Assembly (NCBI RefSeq): GCF_988242995.1
Contig: NZ_OZ547043.1
Reading direction: 5' to 3' (one strand)
DNA: 64,000 nucleotides
How positions within the stretch are numbered: the first letter of the stretch is position 1; each line of letters starts with the position of its first letter. This document shows, one piece after another, positions 1-12,446 of this stretch. A program made the position numbers and the translations under genes. Below the pieces are notes generated by a model that saw only the letters and a list, made by a program, of their open reading frames with translations, searched no databases and was not told where the DNA came from.

Positions 1-219
1 TACCATGTTTACCGTGCTAGTGAAATCTACGTATGGCGTGGACAGACGCCATTCGTGATGTCGATAGCTGCCACAAGGCAACGGTCTTCTCACCGTAGAC
101 CCAGGCATTGCGCGCCGTGAATCTTCATGATTTCGGTCTATCGTGACGGGTAGCGACTCTGAACAGTGATGTTTCAGGGTCAGACAGGAGTAGGGAAGGA
201 ATACAGAGAGACAATAATA

Positions 220-714
220 ATGGTAGATAGCAAGAAGCGCCCTGGCAAAGATCTCGACCGTATCGATCGTAACATTCTTAATGAGTTGCAAAAGGATGGG
301 CGTATTTCTAACGTCGAGCTTTCTAAACGTGTGGGACTTTCCCCAACGCCGTGCCTTGAGCGTGTGCGTCGGCTGGAAAGACAAGGGTTTATTCAGGGCT
401 ATACGGCGCTGCTGAACCCCCATTATCTGGATGCATCACTTCTGGTATTCGTTGAGATTACTCTGAATCGTGGCGCACCGGATGTGTTTGAACAATTCAA
501 TACCGCTGTACAAAAACTTGAAGAAATTCAGGAGTGTCATTTAGTATCCGGTGATTTCGACTACCTGTTGAAAACACGCGTGCCGGATATGTCAGCTTAC
601 CGTAAGTTGCTGGGGGAAACCCTGCTGCGTCTGCCTGGCGTCAATGACACACGGACATACGTTGTTATGGAAGAAGTCAAGCAGAGTAATCGTCTGGTTA
701 TTAAGACGCGCTAA
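220..714 (+). CDS. lrp: Leucine-responsive regulatory protein Lrp (164 aa)
   Basis: ORF 166..714 contains the Lrp sequence from MVDSKKRPGKDLDRIDRNILNELQKDGRISNVELSKRVGLSPTPCLERVRRLERQGF; start placed at that Met, the in-frame upstream extension is probably not translated. Confidence 0.93.
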   Translation: MVDSKKRPGKDLDRIDRNILNELQKDGRISNVELSKRVGLSPTPCLERVRRLERQGFIQGYTALLNPHYLDASLLVFVEITLNRGAPDVFEQFNTAVQKLEEIQECHLVSGDFDYLLKTRVPDMSAYRKLLGETLLRLPGVNDTRTYVVMEEVKQSNRLVIKTR

Positions 715-848
715 CACGGAACAGGTGCAAAATCGGCGTATTTTGATTACACTCCTGTTAATCCATACAGCAACAGTACTGGGGTAACCTGGTACTGTTG
801 TCCGTTTTAGCATCGGGCAGGAAAAGCCTGTAACCTGGAGAGCCTTTC

Positions 849-3800
849 TTGAGCCAGGAATACACTGAAGACAAAGAAGTCACATTGACAAAGTTAAGTA
901 GCGGCCGCCGCCTTCTGGAGGCGTTGCTGATCCTTATTGTCCTGTTTGCCGTCTGGTTGATGGCTGCCTTACTAAGCTTTAACCCTTCGGACCCCAGCTG
1001 GTCGCAAACGGCCTGGCATGAACCTATCCATAATTTAGGTGGGATGCCCGGTGCGTGGCTGGCAGATACGCTGTTCTTTATTTTTGGCGTGATGGCTTAC
1101 ACCATTCCCGTCATTATTGTCGGCGGTTGTTGGTTTGCCTGGCGTCATCAGTCCAGCGACGAATACATTGATTATTTTGCCGTTTCGCTACGCATCATTG
1201 GCGTTTTGGCGCTCATCCTTACCTCCTGTGGTCTGGCGGCAATCAACGCTGACGATATCTGGTATTTTGCCTCCGGTGGCGTCATTGGCAGCTTACTAAG
1301 CACTACGCTACAACCACTGCTACACAGTAGCGGGGGAACTATTGCGCTGCTCTGCGTTTGGGCTGCGGGTCTGACGCTGTTCACCGGTTGGTCATGGGTG
1401 ACCATTGCTGAAAAACTCGGCGGCTGGATTTTAAACATTCTCACCTTCGCCAGTAATCGTACACGTCGCGATGATACCTGGGTCGATGAAGATGAGTATG
1501 AAGATGACGAAGAGTATGAAGATGAAAATCACGGCAAACAGCATGAATCACGCCGTGCCCGTATTCTTCGCGGCGCGCTAGCGCGTCGTAAACGGTTGGC
1601 GGAAAAATTCATTAATCCGATGGGGCGGCAAACAGATGCTGCGTTGTTCTCCGGTAAGCGGATGGATGATGAAGAAGAGATTACCTACACTGCACGCGGT
1701 GTGGCTGCCGACCCTGACGACGTCCTCTTTTCGGGCAATCGTGCAACGCAGCCAGAATATGACGAGTACGATCCATTATTAAACGGTGCGCCAATTACCG
1801 AACCTGTTGCTGTAGCAGCTGCTGCTACCACGGCGACGCAAAGCAGGGCTGCACCGGTTGAACCTGTGACTCAGACGCCACCTGTTGCCTCTGTTGATGT
1901 TGCACCTGCACAACCTACAGTAGCCTGGCAGCCTGTACCGGGGCCACAAACGGGAGAGCCGGTGATTGCTCCGGCACCGGAAGGTTACCCACAGCAGCCA
2001 CAATATGCGCAGCCTGCAGTGCAATATAATGAGCCGCTGCAACAACCTGTACAGCCACAGCAGCCGTATTATGCGCCTGCGGCGGAACAACCTGTTCAGC
2101 AACCGTATTACGCAACTGCGCCGGAACAGTCTGCGCAACAGTCGTATTACGCCCCTGCGCCGGAACAGTCTGCGCAACAGCCGTATTACGCCCCTGCGCC
2201 AGAACAATCGGTGGCAGGTAACGCCTGGCAAGCCGAAGAGCAGCAATCCACTTTTGCTCCACAGTCTACATACCAGACTGAGCAAACTTATCAGCAGCCA
2301 GTCGCTCAGGAGCCGTTGTACCAACAGCCGCAACCTGTTGAACAGCAGCCTGTTGTGGAGCCTGAACCCGTTGTAGAAGAGACAAAACCCGCGCGTCCGC
2401 CGCTTTACTACTTTGAAGAAGTGGAAGAGAAGCGAGCCCGTGAACGTGAACAACTTGCGGTCTGGTATCAACCGATTCCAGAACCGGTTAAAGAACCAGA
2501 ACCGATCAAATCTTCGCTGAAAGCACCTTCTGTTGCAGCAGTACCTCCAGTAGAAGCCGCTGCCGCTGTTTCTCCGCTGGCATCTGGCGTGAAAAAAGCG
2601 ACACTGGCGACGGGGGCTGCCGCAACCGTTGCCGCGCCAGTCTTCAGTCTGGCAAATAGCGGTGGACCGCGTCCGCAGGTCAAAGAGGGGATTGGCCCGC
2701 AGTTGCCACGACCGAAACGTATCCGCGTGCCAACTCGTCGTGAACTGGCGTCTTACGGTATTAAGCTGCCCTCACAGCGTGCGGCAGAAGAAAAAGCCCG
2801 TGAAGCCCAGCGTAATCAGTACGATTCTGGCGATCAGTACAACGATGATGAAATCGATGCGATGCAGCAGGATGAACTGGCACGTCAGTTCGCCCAGACA
2901 CAGCAGCAACGCTATGGCGAACAGTATCAACATGATGTGCCCGTGAACGCAGAAGATGCAGATGCTGCGGCAGAGGCTGAACTGGCTCGTCAGTTTGCGC
3001 AAACTCAACAACAACGTTATTCCGGCGAACAACCGGCTGGGGCGAATCCGTTCTCGCTGGATGATTTTGAATTTTCGCCAATGAAAGCGTTGCTGGATGA
3101 TGGTCCACACGAACCGTTGTTTACGCCAATTGTTGAACCTGTACAGCAGCCGCAACAACCGGTTGCACCGCAGCAGCAGTATCAGCAGCCACAACAGCAG
3201 GTTGCGCCGCAGCCGCAGTATCAGCAGCCGCAACAGCCGGTTGCACCGCAGCAGCAATATCAGCAGCCACAACAACCGGTTGCACCGCAGCCGCAATATC
3301 AGCAGCCGCAACAGCCGGTTGCACCACAGCCGCAATATCAGCAGCCGCAACAGCCAGTTGCGCCGCAGCCGCATGATACCCTGCTTCATCCGCTGTTGAT
3401 GCGCAATGGTGACAGCCGTCCGTTGCATAAACCGACGACGCCGCTGCCTTCTCTGGATTTGCTGACGCCGCCGCCGAGCGAAGTGGAGCCGGTAGATACC
3501 TTTGCGCTTGAACAAATGGCGCGCCTGGTGGAAGCGCGTCTGGCTGATTTCCGTATTAAAGCCGATGTCGTCAATTATTCTCCGGGGCCGGTTATCACTC
3601 GCTTTGAATTGAACCTGGCACCGGGAGTAAAAGCGGCGCGTATTTCTAACTTGTCACGTGACCTTGCCCGTTCACTTTCGACGGTGGCGGTGCGTGTCGT
3701 TGAAGTTATTCCTGGCAAACCCTATGTAGGTCTGGAGTTACCGAATAAAAAACGACAAACCGTTTATCTGCGCGAAGTTTTGGATAACGCCAAATTCCGC

Positions 3801-4916
3801 GATAATCCGTCGCCATTAACCGTGGTGCTGGGTAAAGATATCGCCGGTGAGCCGGTGGTTGCCGATCTGGCGAAAATGCCGCACTTGTTGGTTGCGGGGA
3901 CTACCGGTTCCGGTAAGTCTGTCGGTGTGAACGCGATGATCCTGAGCATGCTTTATAAAGCACAGCCAGAAGATGTGCGTTTCATCATGATCGACCCGAA
4001 AATGCTGGAGCTTTCGGTTTATGAAGGCATCCCGCATCTGTTAACGGAAGTCGTTACTGATATGAAAGATGCCGCCAACGCGCTGCGCTGGTGTGTTAAC
4101 GAGATGGAGCGTCGTTATAAACTGATGTCTGCGCTGGGTGTGCGTAATCTGGCGGGTTATAACGAAAAAATTGCTGAAGCCGATAGGATGATGCGTCCGA
4201 TTCCAGACCCGTACTGGAAGCCGGGTGACAGTATGGATGCCCAGCATCCGGTGCTGAAAAAAGAACCGTACATTGTGGTGTTGGTGGACGAATTTGCCGA
4301 CCTGATGATGACGGTAGGTAAAAAAGTGGAAGAGCTGATAGCACGTCTGGCGCAAAAAGCCCGTGCCGCGGGTATCCACCTCGTACTGGCAACGCAGCGT
4401 CCATCGGTTGATGTTATTACTGGTCTGATTAAAGCGAATATTCCGACCCGTATCGCCTTTACCGTATCCAGTAAGATTGACTCACGTACCATTCTTGATC
4501 AGGCTGGCGCGGAATCACTGCTGGGTATGGGGGATATGCTTTACTCTGGGCCGAACTCCACGTTGCCGGTACGTGTTCATGGTGCTTTTGTTCGCGATCA
4601 GGAAGTTCATGCCGTGGTGCAGGACTGGAAAGCGCGTGGTCGCCCACAGTATGTTGATGGCATCACCTCCGACAGTGAAAGCGAAGGTGGCGCGGGCGGT
4701 TTCGATGGCGCTGAAGAACTGGATCCGTTGTTCGATCAGGCGGTGCAGTTTGTCACTGAAAAACGCAAAGCATCAATTTCAGGCGTACAGCGCCAGTTCC
4801 GCATTGGTTATAACCGTGCAGCGCGTATTATCGAACAGATGGAAGCGCAGGGGATTGTCAGCGAACAGGGGCACAACGGTAATCGTGAAGTGCTGGCCCC
4901 ACCGCCGTTTGACTAA
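849..4916 (+). CDS. ftsK: DNA translocase FtsK (1355 aa, TTG start); N-terminal membrane domain, long PQ-rich linker, C-terminal motor with Walker A GTTGSGKS
   Basis: ORF 849..4916 begins [36 protein letters not shown] and ends with the FtsK gamma domain; 1355 aa versus 1329 aa recalled for K-12. Confidence 0.93.
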   Translation: MSQEYTEDKEVTLTKLSSGRRLLEALLILIVLFAVWLMAALLSFNPSDPSWSQTAWHEPIHNLGGMPGAWLADTLFFIFGVMAYTIPVIIVGGCWFAWRHQSSDEYIDYFAVSLRIIGVLALILTSCGLAAINADDIWYFASGGVIGSLLSTTLQPLLHSSGGTIALLCVWAAGLTLFTGWSWVTIAEKLGGWILNILTFASNRTRRDDTWVDEDEYEDDEEYEDENHGKQHESRRARILRGALARRKRLAEKFINPMGRQTDAALFSGKRMDDEEEITYTARGVAADPDDVLFSGNRATQPEYDEYDPLLNGAPITEPVAVAAAATTATQSRAAPVEPVTQTPPVASVDVAPAQPTVAWQPVPGPQTGEPVIAPAPEGYPQQPQYAQPAVQYNEPLQQPVQPQQPYYAPAAEQPVQQPYYATAPEQSAQQSYYAPAPEQSAQQPYYAPAPEQSVAGNAWQAEEQQSTFAPQSTYQTEQTYQQPVAQEPLYQQPQPVEQQPVVEPEPVVEETKPARPPLYYFEEVEEKRAREREQLAVWYQPIPEPVKEPEPIKSSLKAPSVAAVPPVEAAAAVSPLASGVKKATLATGAAATVAAPVFSLANSGGPRPQVKEGIGPQLPRPKRIRVPTRRELASYGIKLPSQRAAEEKAREAQRNQYDSGDQYNDDEIDAMQQDELARQFAQTQQQRYGEQYQHDVPVNAEDADAAAEAELARQFAQTQQQRYSGEQPAGANPFSLDDFEFSPMKALLDDGPHEPLFTPIVEPVQQPQQPVAPQQQYQQPQQQVAPQPQYQQPQQPVAPQQQYQQPQQPVAPQPQYQQPQQPVAPQPQYQQPQQPVAPQPHDTLLHPLLMRNGDSRPLHKPTTPLPSLDLLTPPPSEVEPVDTFALEQMARLVEARLADFRIKADVVNYSPGPVITRFELNLAPGVKAARISNLSRDLARSLSTVAVRVVEVIPGKPYVGLELPNKKRQTVYLREVLDNAKFRDNPSPLTVVLGKDIAGEPVVADLAKMPHLLVAGTTGSGKSVGVNAMILSMLYKAQPEDVRFIMIDPKMLELSVYEGIPHLLTEVVTDMKDAANALRWCVNEMERRYKLMSALGVRNLAGYNEKIAEADRMMRPIPDPYWKPGDSMDAQHPVLKKEPYIVVLVDEFADLMMTVGKKVEELIARLAQKARAAGIHLVLATQRPSVDVITGLIKANIPTRIAFTVSSKIDSRTILDQAGAESLLGMGDMLYSGPNSTLPVRVHGAFVRDQEVHAVVQDWKARGRPQYVDGITSDSESEGGAGGFDGAEELDPLFDQAVQFVTEKRKASISGVQRQFRIGYNRAARIIEQMEAQGIVSEQGHNGNREVLAPPPFD
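2059..2215 (+). repeat. In-frame degenerate ~39-bp tandem repeats in the ftsK linker ([13 protein letters not shown] units)
   Basis: Repeated ccgtattacgcccctgcgccggaacagtctgcgcaacag-like units visible in the sequence; protein shows QQPYYA.APEQ units three to four times. Confidence 0.6.
3139..3372 (+). repeat. In-frame 39-bp tandem repeat array (~6 units) in the ftsK linker encoding [13 protein letters not shown]
   Basis: Unit cagcagccgcaacagccggttgcaccgcagccgcaatat recurs with minor substitutions; protein shows PQQPVAPQ(P/Q)QYQQ repeated. Confidence 0.75.
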
Positions 4917-4926
4917 TTAATGCATC

Positions 4927-4966
4927 GTAGGCCGGATAAGGCGTGGTAGCGTTGCATCCGGCACTC
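4927..4966. repeat. REP-like (repetitive extragenic palindrome) element in the ftsK-lolA intergenic region
   Basis: taggccggataaggcgtggtagcgttgcatccggca carries the ggccggataaggcg / gcatccggc motifs typical of E. coli REP units. Confidence 0.5.
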
Positions 4967-5074
4967 TATGAATTGAAAATTCAGTATTTTCTTCTTTCCT
5001 CAAGCTGATTATTAGCCTGGAATAGAGAGTAGAGGGAACTCCCGGTCGGGAGTGACGTAATTTGAGGAATAATG

Positions 5075-5686
5075 ATGAAAAAAATTGCCATCACCTGTGC
5101 ATTACTCTCAAGCTTAGTAGCAAGCAGCGTTTGGGCTGATGCCGCAAGCGATCTGAAAAGCCGCCTGGATAAAGTCAGCAGCTTCCACGCCAGCTTCACA
5201 CAAAAAGTGACTGACGGTAGCGGCGCGGCGGTGCAGGAAGGCCAGGGCGATCTGTGGGTGAAACGTCCAAACTTATTCAACTGGCATATGACTCAACCTG
5301 ATGAAAGCATTCTGGTTTCTGACGGTAAAACACTGTGGTTCTATAACCCGTTCGTTGAGCAAGCTACGGCAACCTGGCTGAAAGATGCCACCGGTAATAC
5401 GCCGTTTATGCTGATTGCCCGCAACCAGTCCAGCGACTGGCAGCAGTACAATATCAAACAGAATGGCGATGACTTTGTCCTGACGCCGAAAGCCAGCAAT
5501 GGCAATCTGAAGCAGTTCACCATTAACGTGGGACGTGATGGCACGATCCATCAGTTTAGCGCGGTGGAGCAGGACGATCAGCGCAGCAGTTATCAGCTGA
5601 AATCCCAGCAAAATGGGGCTGTGGATGCAGCGAAATTTACCTTCACCCCGCCGCAAGGCGTCACGGTAGATGATCAACGTAAGTAG
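5075..5686 (+). CDS. lolA: Outer-membrane lipoprotein carrier protein LolA
   Basis: ORF 5072..5686; [45 protein letters not shown] matches LolA; start taken at the second Met. Confidence 0.93.
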
Positions 5687-5696
5687 AGGCACCTGA

Positions 5697-7040
5697 GTGA
5701 GCAATCTGTCGCTCGATTTTTCGGATAACACTTTTCAACCTCTGGCCGCGCGTATGCGGCCAGAAAATTTAGCACAGTATATCGGTCAGCAACATTTGCT
5801 GGCTGCGGGGAAGCCGTTGCCGCGTGCAATCGAAGCCGGGCATTTGCATTCGATGATCCTCTGGGGGCCACCGGGTACCGGCAAAACAACCCTCGCTGAA
5901 GTGATTGCCCGCTATGCGAATGCTGATGTGGAACGTATTTCTGCCGTCACCTCTGGCGTGAAAGAGATTCGCGAGGCGATAGAGCGCGCTCGGCAAAACC
6001 GCAATGCAGGTCGCCGCACTATTCTTTTTGTTGACGAAGTTCACCGTTTCAACAAAAGCCAGCAGGATGCATTTCTGCCGCATATTGAAGACGGCACCAT
6101 CACTTTTATTGGCGCAACCACTGAAAACCCGTCGTTTGAGCTTAATTCGGCACTGCTTTCCCGTGCCCGTGTCTATCTGCTGAAATCCCTGAGTACAGAG
6201 GATATTGAGCAAGTACTGACTCAGGCGATGGAAGACAAAACCCGTGGCTATGGTGGTCAGGATATTGTTCTGCCAGATGAAACACGACGCGCCATTGCTG
6301 AACTGGTGAATGGCGACGCGCGCCGGGCGTTAAATACGCTGGAAATGATGGCTGATATGGCCGAAGTCGATGATAGCGGTAAGCGGGTCCTGAAGCCTGA
6401 ATTACTGACCGAAATCGCCGGTGAACGTAGCGCCCGCTTTGATAACAAAGGCGATCGCTTTTACGATCTCATTTCCGCACTGCATAAGTCGGTACGTGGT
6501 AGCGCACCCGATGCGGCGCTGTACTGGTATGCACGAATTATTACTGCCGGTGGCGATCCGTTATATGTCGCGCGTCGCTGTCTGGCGATAGCGTCGGAAG
6601 ATGTGGGTAATGCTGATCCACGAGCGATGCAGGTGGCAATTGCGGCCTGGGATTGCTTTACCCGAGTTGGCCCGGCGGAAGGTGAACGCGCCATTGCTCA
6701 GGCGATTGTTTACCTGGCCTGCGCGCCAAAAAGCAACGCTGTCTACACTGCGTTTAAAGCCGCGCTGGCGGATGCTCGCGAACGTCCGGATTATGACGTG
6801 CCGGTTCATTTGCGTAATGCGCCGACGAAATTAATGAAGGAAATGGGCTACGGGCAGGAATATCGTTACGCTCATGATGAAGCAAACGCTTATGCTGCCG
6901 GTGAGGTTTATTTCCCGCCGGAAATAGCACAAACACGCTATTATTTCCCGACAAACAGGGGCCTTGAAGGCAAGATTGGCGAAAAGCTCGCCTGGCTGGC
7001 TGAACAGGATCAAAATAGCCCCATAAAACGCTACCGTTAA
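5697..7040 (+). CDS. rarA: Replication-associated recombination protein A RarA/MgsA (AAA+ ATPase, GTG start)
   Basis: ORF 5697..7040, 447 aa, Walker [12 protein letters not shown]; matches RarA (YcaJ). Confidence 0.93.
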
Positions 7041-7109
7041 TGTTATCGTTGCGGTAATGTTGTTACTGTATCCCTGTGGTCGCAGGCTGTGGCCACATCT
7101 CCCATTTAA

Positions 7110-8423
<1,314 letters not shown>

Positions 8424-8444
8424 TACCCAATTTTTCTGAATCTA

Positions 8445-8469
8445 AAAAGCGCCTGCGGGCGCTTTTTTT
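8445..8469 (+). terminator. Rho-independent terminator of serS
   Basis: aaaaagcgcctgcgggcgcttttttt: GC stem agcgcc/ggcgct with a T7 run, directly after the serS stop. Confidence 0.65.
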
Positions 8470-9180
8470 GTGCACAGAAAACCCCCAGCTAGGCTGGGGG
8501 TTCCGGAAAGCTTTCAGCTTTGAGCCAGTTATTAAAACCCCTTTTGATTTGTTAAAACACCTTGCGGTCTGGCAACTGCAAGTGTCAAACAAGAAATCAA
8601 AAGGGGGTCCCAATGGGGGACGAAAAGAGCTTAGCGCACACCCGCTGGAACTGTAAATATCACATAGTTTTTGCGCCGAAATACCGAAGACTGGCGTTTT
8701 ACGGAGAGAAGCGTAGGGCGATAGGCAGTATTTTGAGAAAGCTGTGTGAGTGGAAAAGCGTACGGATTCTGGAAGCAGAGTGCTGCGCAGATCATATCCA
8801 TATGCTTGTGGAAATCCCACCCAAAATGAGCGTATCCGGCTTTATGGGATATCTGAAAGGGAAAAGCAGTCTGATGCTTTACGAGCAGTTTGGGGATTTG
8901 AAATTCAAATACAGAAACAGGGAGTTCTGGTGCCGAGGGTACTATGTCGATACGGTGGGTAAGAACACGGCGAAGATACGTGACTACATAAAGCACCAGC
9001 TTGAAGAGGATAAAATGGGGGAGCAGTTATCGATTCCATATCCGGGCAGCCCGTTTACGGGCCGTAAGTAACGAAGTTGAATGCAAATGTCAGATCGTAT
9101 GCGCCTGTTAGGGCGCGGCTGGTAACAGAGCCTTACAGGCGCATTTGAAAAACCTCCGGCTATGCCGGAGGATATTTATT
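8467..9180 (+). mobile_element. IS200 insertion sequence, copy 1 (IS200/IS605 family, ~714 bp)
   Basis: Identical to the second copy at 13344..14057 over ~714 bp (both boundaries offset by 4877 bp); encodes IS200 TnpA; left-end hairpin aacccccag/ctgggggtt at 8480..8502 and right-end hairpins including cctccggc/gccggagg. Ends are inferred from where the two copies' flanks diverge, so +/- a few bp. Confidence 0.85.
8613..9071 (+). CDS. tnpA: IS200 transposase TnpA (Y1/HUH transposase, 152 aa)
   Basis: MGDEKSLAHTRWNCKYHIVFAPKYRR...HIHMLVEIPPKMSVS...YYVDTVGKN is the IS200 TnpA sequence with the HuH motif and catalytic Tyr; start taken at the internal Met of ORF 8562..9071. Confidence 0.9.
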   Translation: MGDEKSLAHTRWNCKYHIVFAPKYRRLAFYGEKRRAIGSILRKLCEWKSVRILEAECCADHIHMLVEIPPKMSVSGFMGYLKGKSSLMLYEQFGDLKFKYRNREFWCRGYYVDTVGKNTAKIRDYIKHQLEEDKMGEQLSIPYPGSPFTGRK

Positions 9181-9188
9181 GTCTCCCT

Positions 9189-9202
9189 TTGATACCGAAC
9201 AA
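9189..9202 (+). promoter_or_regulatory. Candidate FNR box of the dmsA promoter (TTGATaccgAACAA)
   Basis: Near match to the FNR consensus TTGAT-N4-ATCAA about 170 bp upstream of the dmsA start; dmsABC is known to be FNR-activated. Assignment is from memory, not verified. Confidence 0.4.
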
Positions 9203-9372
9203 TAATTACTCCTCACTTACACGTAATACTACTTTCGAGTGAAAATCTACCTATCTCTTTGATTTTCAAATTATTCGATGTATACAAGCCTATATAGCGA
9301 CCTGCTATAGAAATAATTACACAATACGGTTTGTTACTGGAATCAATCGTGAGCAAGCTTGAGTGAGCCATT

Positions 9373-11817
9373 ATGAAAACGAAAATCCCTGATGCGGTAT
9401 TGGCTGCTGAGGTGAGTCGCCGTGGTTTGGTAAAAACGACAGCGATCGGCGGCCTGGCAATGGCCAGCAGCGCATTAACATTACCTTTTAGTCGGATTGC
9501 GCACGCTGTCGATAGCGCCATTCCAACAAAATCAGACGAAAAGGTTATCTGGAGCGCCTGTACAGTTAACTGTGGTAGTCGCTGCCCGCTACGTATGCAC
9601 GTCGTGGACGGTGAAATCAAATATGTTGAAACGGATAATACTGGCGATGACAACTATGACGGCCTGCACCAGGTGCGCGCCTGTCTGCGTGGTCGTTCCA
9701 TGCGTCGCCGTGTCTACAATCCGGACCGCCTGAAATATCCGATGAAACGAGTCGGGGCGCGCGGTGAAGGCAAATTCGAGCGCATTAGCTGGGAAGAAGC
9801 CTACGACATCATCGCGACCAATATGCAGCGCCTGATCAAAGAGTACGGCAACGAGTCTATCTATCTGAACTATGGTACCGGTACGCTGGGCGGCACCATG
9901 ACCCGCTCCTGGCCGCCGGGAAATACCCTGGTCGCTCGCCTGATGAACTGCTGCGGCGGTTATCTGAACCATTACGGTGACTACTCTTCCGCGCAAATTG
10001 CGGAAGGTTTGAACTATACCTACGGCGGCTGGGCAGATGGTAACAGCCCGTCGGATATCGAAAACAGTAAACTGGTAGTGCTGTTTGGTAATAACCCTGG
10101 CGAAACGCGAATGAGTGGCGGTGGGGTGACTTACTATCTTGAACAGGCGCGCCAGAAATCTAATGCTCGCATGATCATCATCGATCCGCGCTATACCGAC
10201 ACCGGTGCCGGGCGCGAAGATGAGTGGATCCCTATTCGTCCGGGAACAGATGCCGCACTGGTTAACGGTCTGGCGTATGTCATGATCACCGAAAACCTGG
10301 TGGATCAGGCATTCCTCGATAAATTTTGCGTTGGCTACGACGAGAAAACACTGCCAGCCAGTGCGCCGAAAAATGGTCACTATAAAGCTTATATTCTGGG
10401 TGAAGGGCCAGATGGCGTGGCTAAAACGCCGGAATGGGCCTCGCAAATCACCGGTGTTCCGGCAGACAAAATCATCAAATTGGCTCGTGAAATCGGTAGT
10501 ACCAAACCGGCGTTTATCAGCCAGGGATGGGGCCCGCAGCGTCACGCTAACGGTGAAATCGCAACCCGTGCTATCTCGATGCTGGCGATTCTGACCGGTA
10601 ACGTTGGTATTAATGGAGGGAACAGCGGCGCGCGTGAAGGTTCATACAGCTTACCGTTTGTGCGTATGCCGACCCTCGAAAACCCGATCCAGACCAGCAT
10701 TTCTATGTTTATGTGGACCGATGCCATTGAACGTGGCCCGGAAATGACAGCGCTGCGTGATGGTGTGCGCGGGAAAGATAAGCTGGATGTGCCGATCAAA
10801 ATGATCTGGAACTATGCCGGTAACTGCCTGATTAACCAGCATTCTGAAATCAACCGTACCCATGAAATCCTTCAGGATGATAAGAAGTGCGAGCTGATTG
10901 TGGTTATCGACTGCCACATGACCTCATCAGCGAAATATGCTGACATCCTGCTGCCTGACTGCACCGCTTCCGAACAGATGGACTTTGCACTGGATGCATC
11001 CTGCGGGAATATGTCTTACGTGATTTTCAACGATCAGGTGATTAAACCGCGCTTTGAATGTAAGACCATCTATGAAATGACCAGCGAACTGGCAAAACGT
11101 CTTGGCGTTGAGCAACAGTTTACTGAAGGCCGTACACAGGAAGAGTGGATGCGGCATCTGTATGCCCAGTCGCGGGAAGCGATTCCTGAACTGCCAACGT
11201 TTGAAGAGTTCCGCAAGCAGGGGATCTTTAAAAAGCGCGACCCACAAGGGCACCACGTTGCTTATAAAGCTTTCCGTGAAGATCCTCAGGCAAATCCACT
11301 GACCACGCCATCGGGTAAAATTGAGATTTATTCGCAGGCGCTGGCTGACATTGCCGCGACCTGGGAATTGCCAGAAGGCGATGTGATCGATCCACTGCCG
11401 ATCTATACGCCGGGCTTTGAAAGTTATCAGGATCCGCTGAACAAACAATATCCGCTGCAGCTTACTGGCTTCCACTACAAATCTCGCGTTCACTCAACTT
11501 ACGGCAACGTTGATGTGCTGAAAGCAGCTTGCCGTCAGGAAATGTGGATCAACCCGCTTGATGCACAAAAACGCGGTATCAACAACGGCGATAAAGTCAG
11601 GATCTTTAACGATCGTGGTGAGGTTCATATTGAGGCGAAAGTGACGCCACGAATGATGCCGGGTGTGGTCGCACTGGGTGAAGGTGCCTGGTATGACCCG
11701 GATGCAAAACGTGTCGATAAGGGCGGTTGTATCAACGTACTGACCACTCAACGTCCGTCTCCTCTCGCGAAGGGGAATCCGTCGCATACAAACCTTGTTC
11801 AGGTTGAAAAGGTGTAA
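9373..11817 (+). CDS. dmsA: Anaerobic DMSO reductase catalytic subunit DmsA (molybdopterin, Tat signal)
   Basis: ORF 9373..11817, 814 aa; twin-arginine signal SRRGLVKTTAIGGLAMASSALTLPFSRIAHA and CTVNCGSRC FeS motif. Confidence 0.95.
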   Translation: MKTKIPDAVLAAEVSRRGLVKTTAIGGLAMASSALTLPFSRIAHAVDSAIPTKSDEKVIWSACTVNCGSRCPLRMHVVDGEIKYVETDNTGDDNYDGLHQVRACLRGRSMRRRVYNPDRLKYPMKRVGARGEGKFERISWEEAYDIIATNMQRLIKEYGNESIYLNYGTGTLGGTMTRSWPPGNTLVARLMNCCGGYLNHYGDYSSAQIAEGLNYTYGGWADGNSPSDIENSKLVVLFGNNPGETRMSGGGVTYYLEQARQKSNARMIIIDPRYTDTGAGREDEWIPIRPGTDAALVNGLAYVMITENLVDQAFLDKFCVGYDEKTLPASAPKNGHYKAYILGEGPDGVAKTPEWASQITGVPADKIIKLAREIGSTKPAFISQGWGPQRHANGEIATRAISMLAILTGNVGINGGNSGAREGSYSLPFVRMPTLENPIQTSISMFMWTDAIERGPEMTALRDGVRGKDKLDVPIKMIWNYAGNCLINQHSEINRTHEILQDDKKCELIVVIDCHMTSSAKYADILLPDCTASEQMDFALDASCGNMSYVIFNDQVIKPRFECKTIYEMTSELAKRLGVEQQFTEGRTQEEWMRHLYAQSREAIPELPTFEEFRKQGIFKKRDPQGHHVAYKAFREDPQANPLTTPSGKIEIYSQALADIAATWELPEGDVIDPLPIYTPGFESYQDPLNKQYPLQLTGFHYKSRVHSTYGNVDVLKAACRQEMWINPLDAQKRGINNGDKVRIFNDRGEVHIEAKVTPRMMPGVVALGEGAWYDPDAKRVDKGGCINVLTTQRPSPLAKGNPSHTNLVQVEKV

Positions 11818-11827
11818 GGAGTAACCG

Positions 11828-12445
11828 ATGACAACCCAGTATGGATTTTTAATTGATTCCAGCCGTTGCACCGGTTGCAAAACCTGCGAGCTGGCCTGTA
11901 AAGACTATAAAGATCTGACGCCGGAAGTCAGCTTCCGCCGCATTTATGAATATGCTGGCGGTGACTGGCAGGAAGATAACGGTGTCTGGCATCAGAACGT
12001 GTTTGCCTACTATCTGTCGATTTCATGTAACCACTGCGAAGATCCGGCTTGTACTAAAGTCTGCCCGAGTGGTGCGATGCATAAACGTGAAGATGGTTTT
12101 GTTGTAGTCGATGAAGATGTGTGCATTGGCTGCCGCTACTGCCATATGGCTTGCCCGTATGGCGCACCGCAATATAACGAAACGAAAGGCCATATGACCA
12201 AATGCGATGGTTGTTATGACCGTGTTGCGGAGGGGAAAAAGCCGATCTGTGTTGAATCTTGCCCGCTGCGGGCGCTGGATTTCGGCCCTATCGACGAGCT
12301 GCGTAAAAAACATGGCGATCTGGCGGCCGTTGCGCCGTTGCCGCGAGCTCACTTTACCAAACCGAATATTGTGATCAAACCCAATGCCAACAGCCGCCCG
12401 ACCGGGGATACCACTGGCTATCTGGCAAACCCGAAGGAGGTGTGA
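11828..12445 (+). CDS. dmsB: DMSO reductase iron-sulfur subunit DmsB (4x[4Fe-4S])
   Basis: ORF 11828..12445, 205 aa, several CxxCxxCxxxCP ferredoxin motifs. Confidence 0.95.
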   Translation: MTTQYGFLIDSSRCTGCKTCELACKDYKDLTPEVSFRRIYEYAGGDWQEDNGVWHQNVFAYYLSISCNHCEDPACTKVCPSGAMHKREDGFVVVDEDVCIGCRYCHMACPYGAPQYNETKGHMTKCDGCYDRVAEGKKPICVESCPLRALDFGPIDELRKKHGDLAAVAPLPRAHFTKPNIVIKPNANSRPTGDTTGYLANPKEV

Positions 12446-12446
12446 G

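Noticed and set aside
3139-3372. Regular 39-bp repeats that could be taken for a CRISPR-like or intergenic array
   Set aside because: They are in frame inside ftsK and encode the proline/glutamine-rich linker; there are no spacers and no adjacent cas genes.
8468-8996. Several small ORFs inside IS200 other than tnpA (for example 8468..8656, 8750..8962, minus-strand 8631..8996 and 8107..8820)
   Set aside because: They overlap tnpA or the structured IS200 ends in other frames; IS200 encodes a single transposase.
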